Positions 63,936 to 64,000 of a stretch of 64,000 nt of DNA are shown piece after piece (within the stretch, counting starts at the first letter, position 1; every line of letters begins with the position of its first letter). The stretch spans positions 2,016,001-2,080,000 of the forward strand of contig OY781089.1 of NCBI GenBank assembly GCA_963676565.1, given 5' to 3'. The notes beneath the pieces were generated by a model. It saw only the letters and a list, made by a program, of their open reading frames with translations. It made no database searches and had not been told where the DNA came from. Origin of the DNA: Halarcobacter sp. GTDB lineage: Bacteria > Campylobacterota > Campylobacteria > Campylobacterales > Arcobacteraceae. Made by a program: the position numbers and the translations under genes.

Positions 63936-64000
63936 ATGATTATAGATTATAAAGATGTAAACGATTTAAATAGATATAAAATTATGTCTGATACAGTTGT
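63936..64000 (+). CDS. 5' end of a gene, possibly flavin reductase family (truncated by window edge)
   Basis: MIIDYKDVNDLNRYKIMSDTV behind AGGGA; resembles the YK.M...V(PRP) start of flavin reductase-like proteins. Confidence 0.5.
   Translation, partial: MIIDYKDVNDLNRYKIMSDTV

Overview
Very AT-rich bacterial chromosomal segment. Gene content and protein style point to Campylobacterota, most likely Arcobacteraceae (inference, not database-checked). Housekeeping and metabolic genes include dapE, mmuM, thiI, an ABC-F ATPase, ligA, thiC with a TPP riboswitch, fumC plus a class I fumarase, pepD and an mlaEFD/PqiC-like MCE operon. These are interleaved with many signalling genes (4 histidine kinases, a stand-alone receiver, 2 diguanylate cyclases, an EAL protein, 2 MCPs) and a redox/detox cluster (peroxiredoxin, DsbC, HxlR-MdaB-nitroreductases). 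I saw no rRNA, tRNA, CRISPR array or intact mobile element. Most notable observations: (1) a candidate defence islet after dapE (ATPase-nuclease, a truncated HhH-like ORF, a toxin-first hipA-hipB pair) with visible operators; (2) an orphan ZorA/ZorB-like motor pair without zorC/D/E; (3) two convergent paralogous kinases flanking one receiver, one of them paired with an orphan PhnD-like binding protein; (4) a TPP riboswitch whose P1 strand carries the SD of a 19-codon uORF, followed by a hairpin over the thiC ribosome-binding region; (5) a 62-aa histone-H1-like protein gene; (6) a multiply deleted IS256 transposase relic missed by the ORF track; (7) a probable ATC start codon. Family assignments rest on recognised motifs only; no searches were run.
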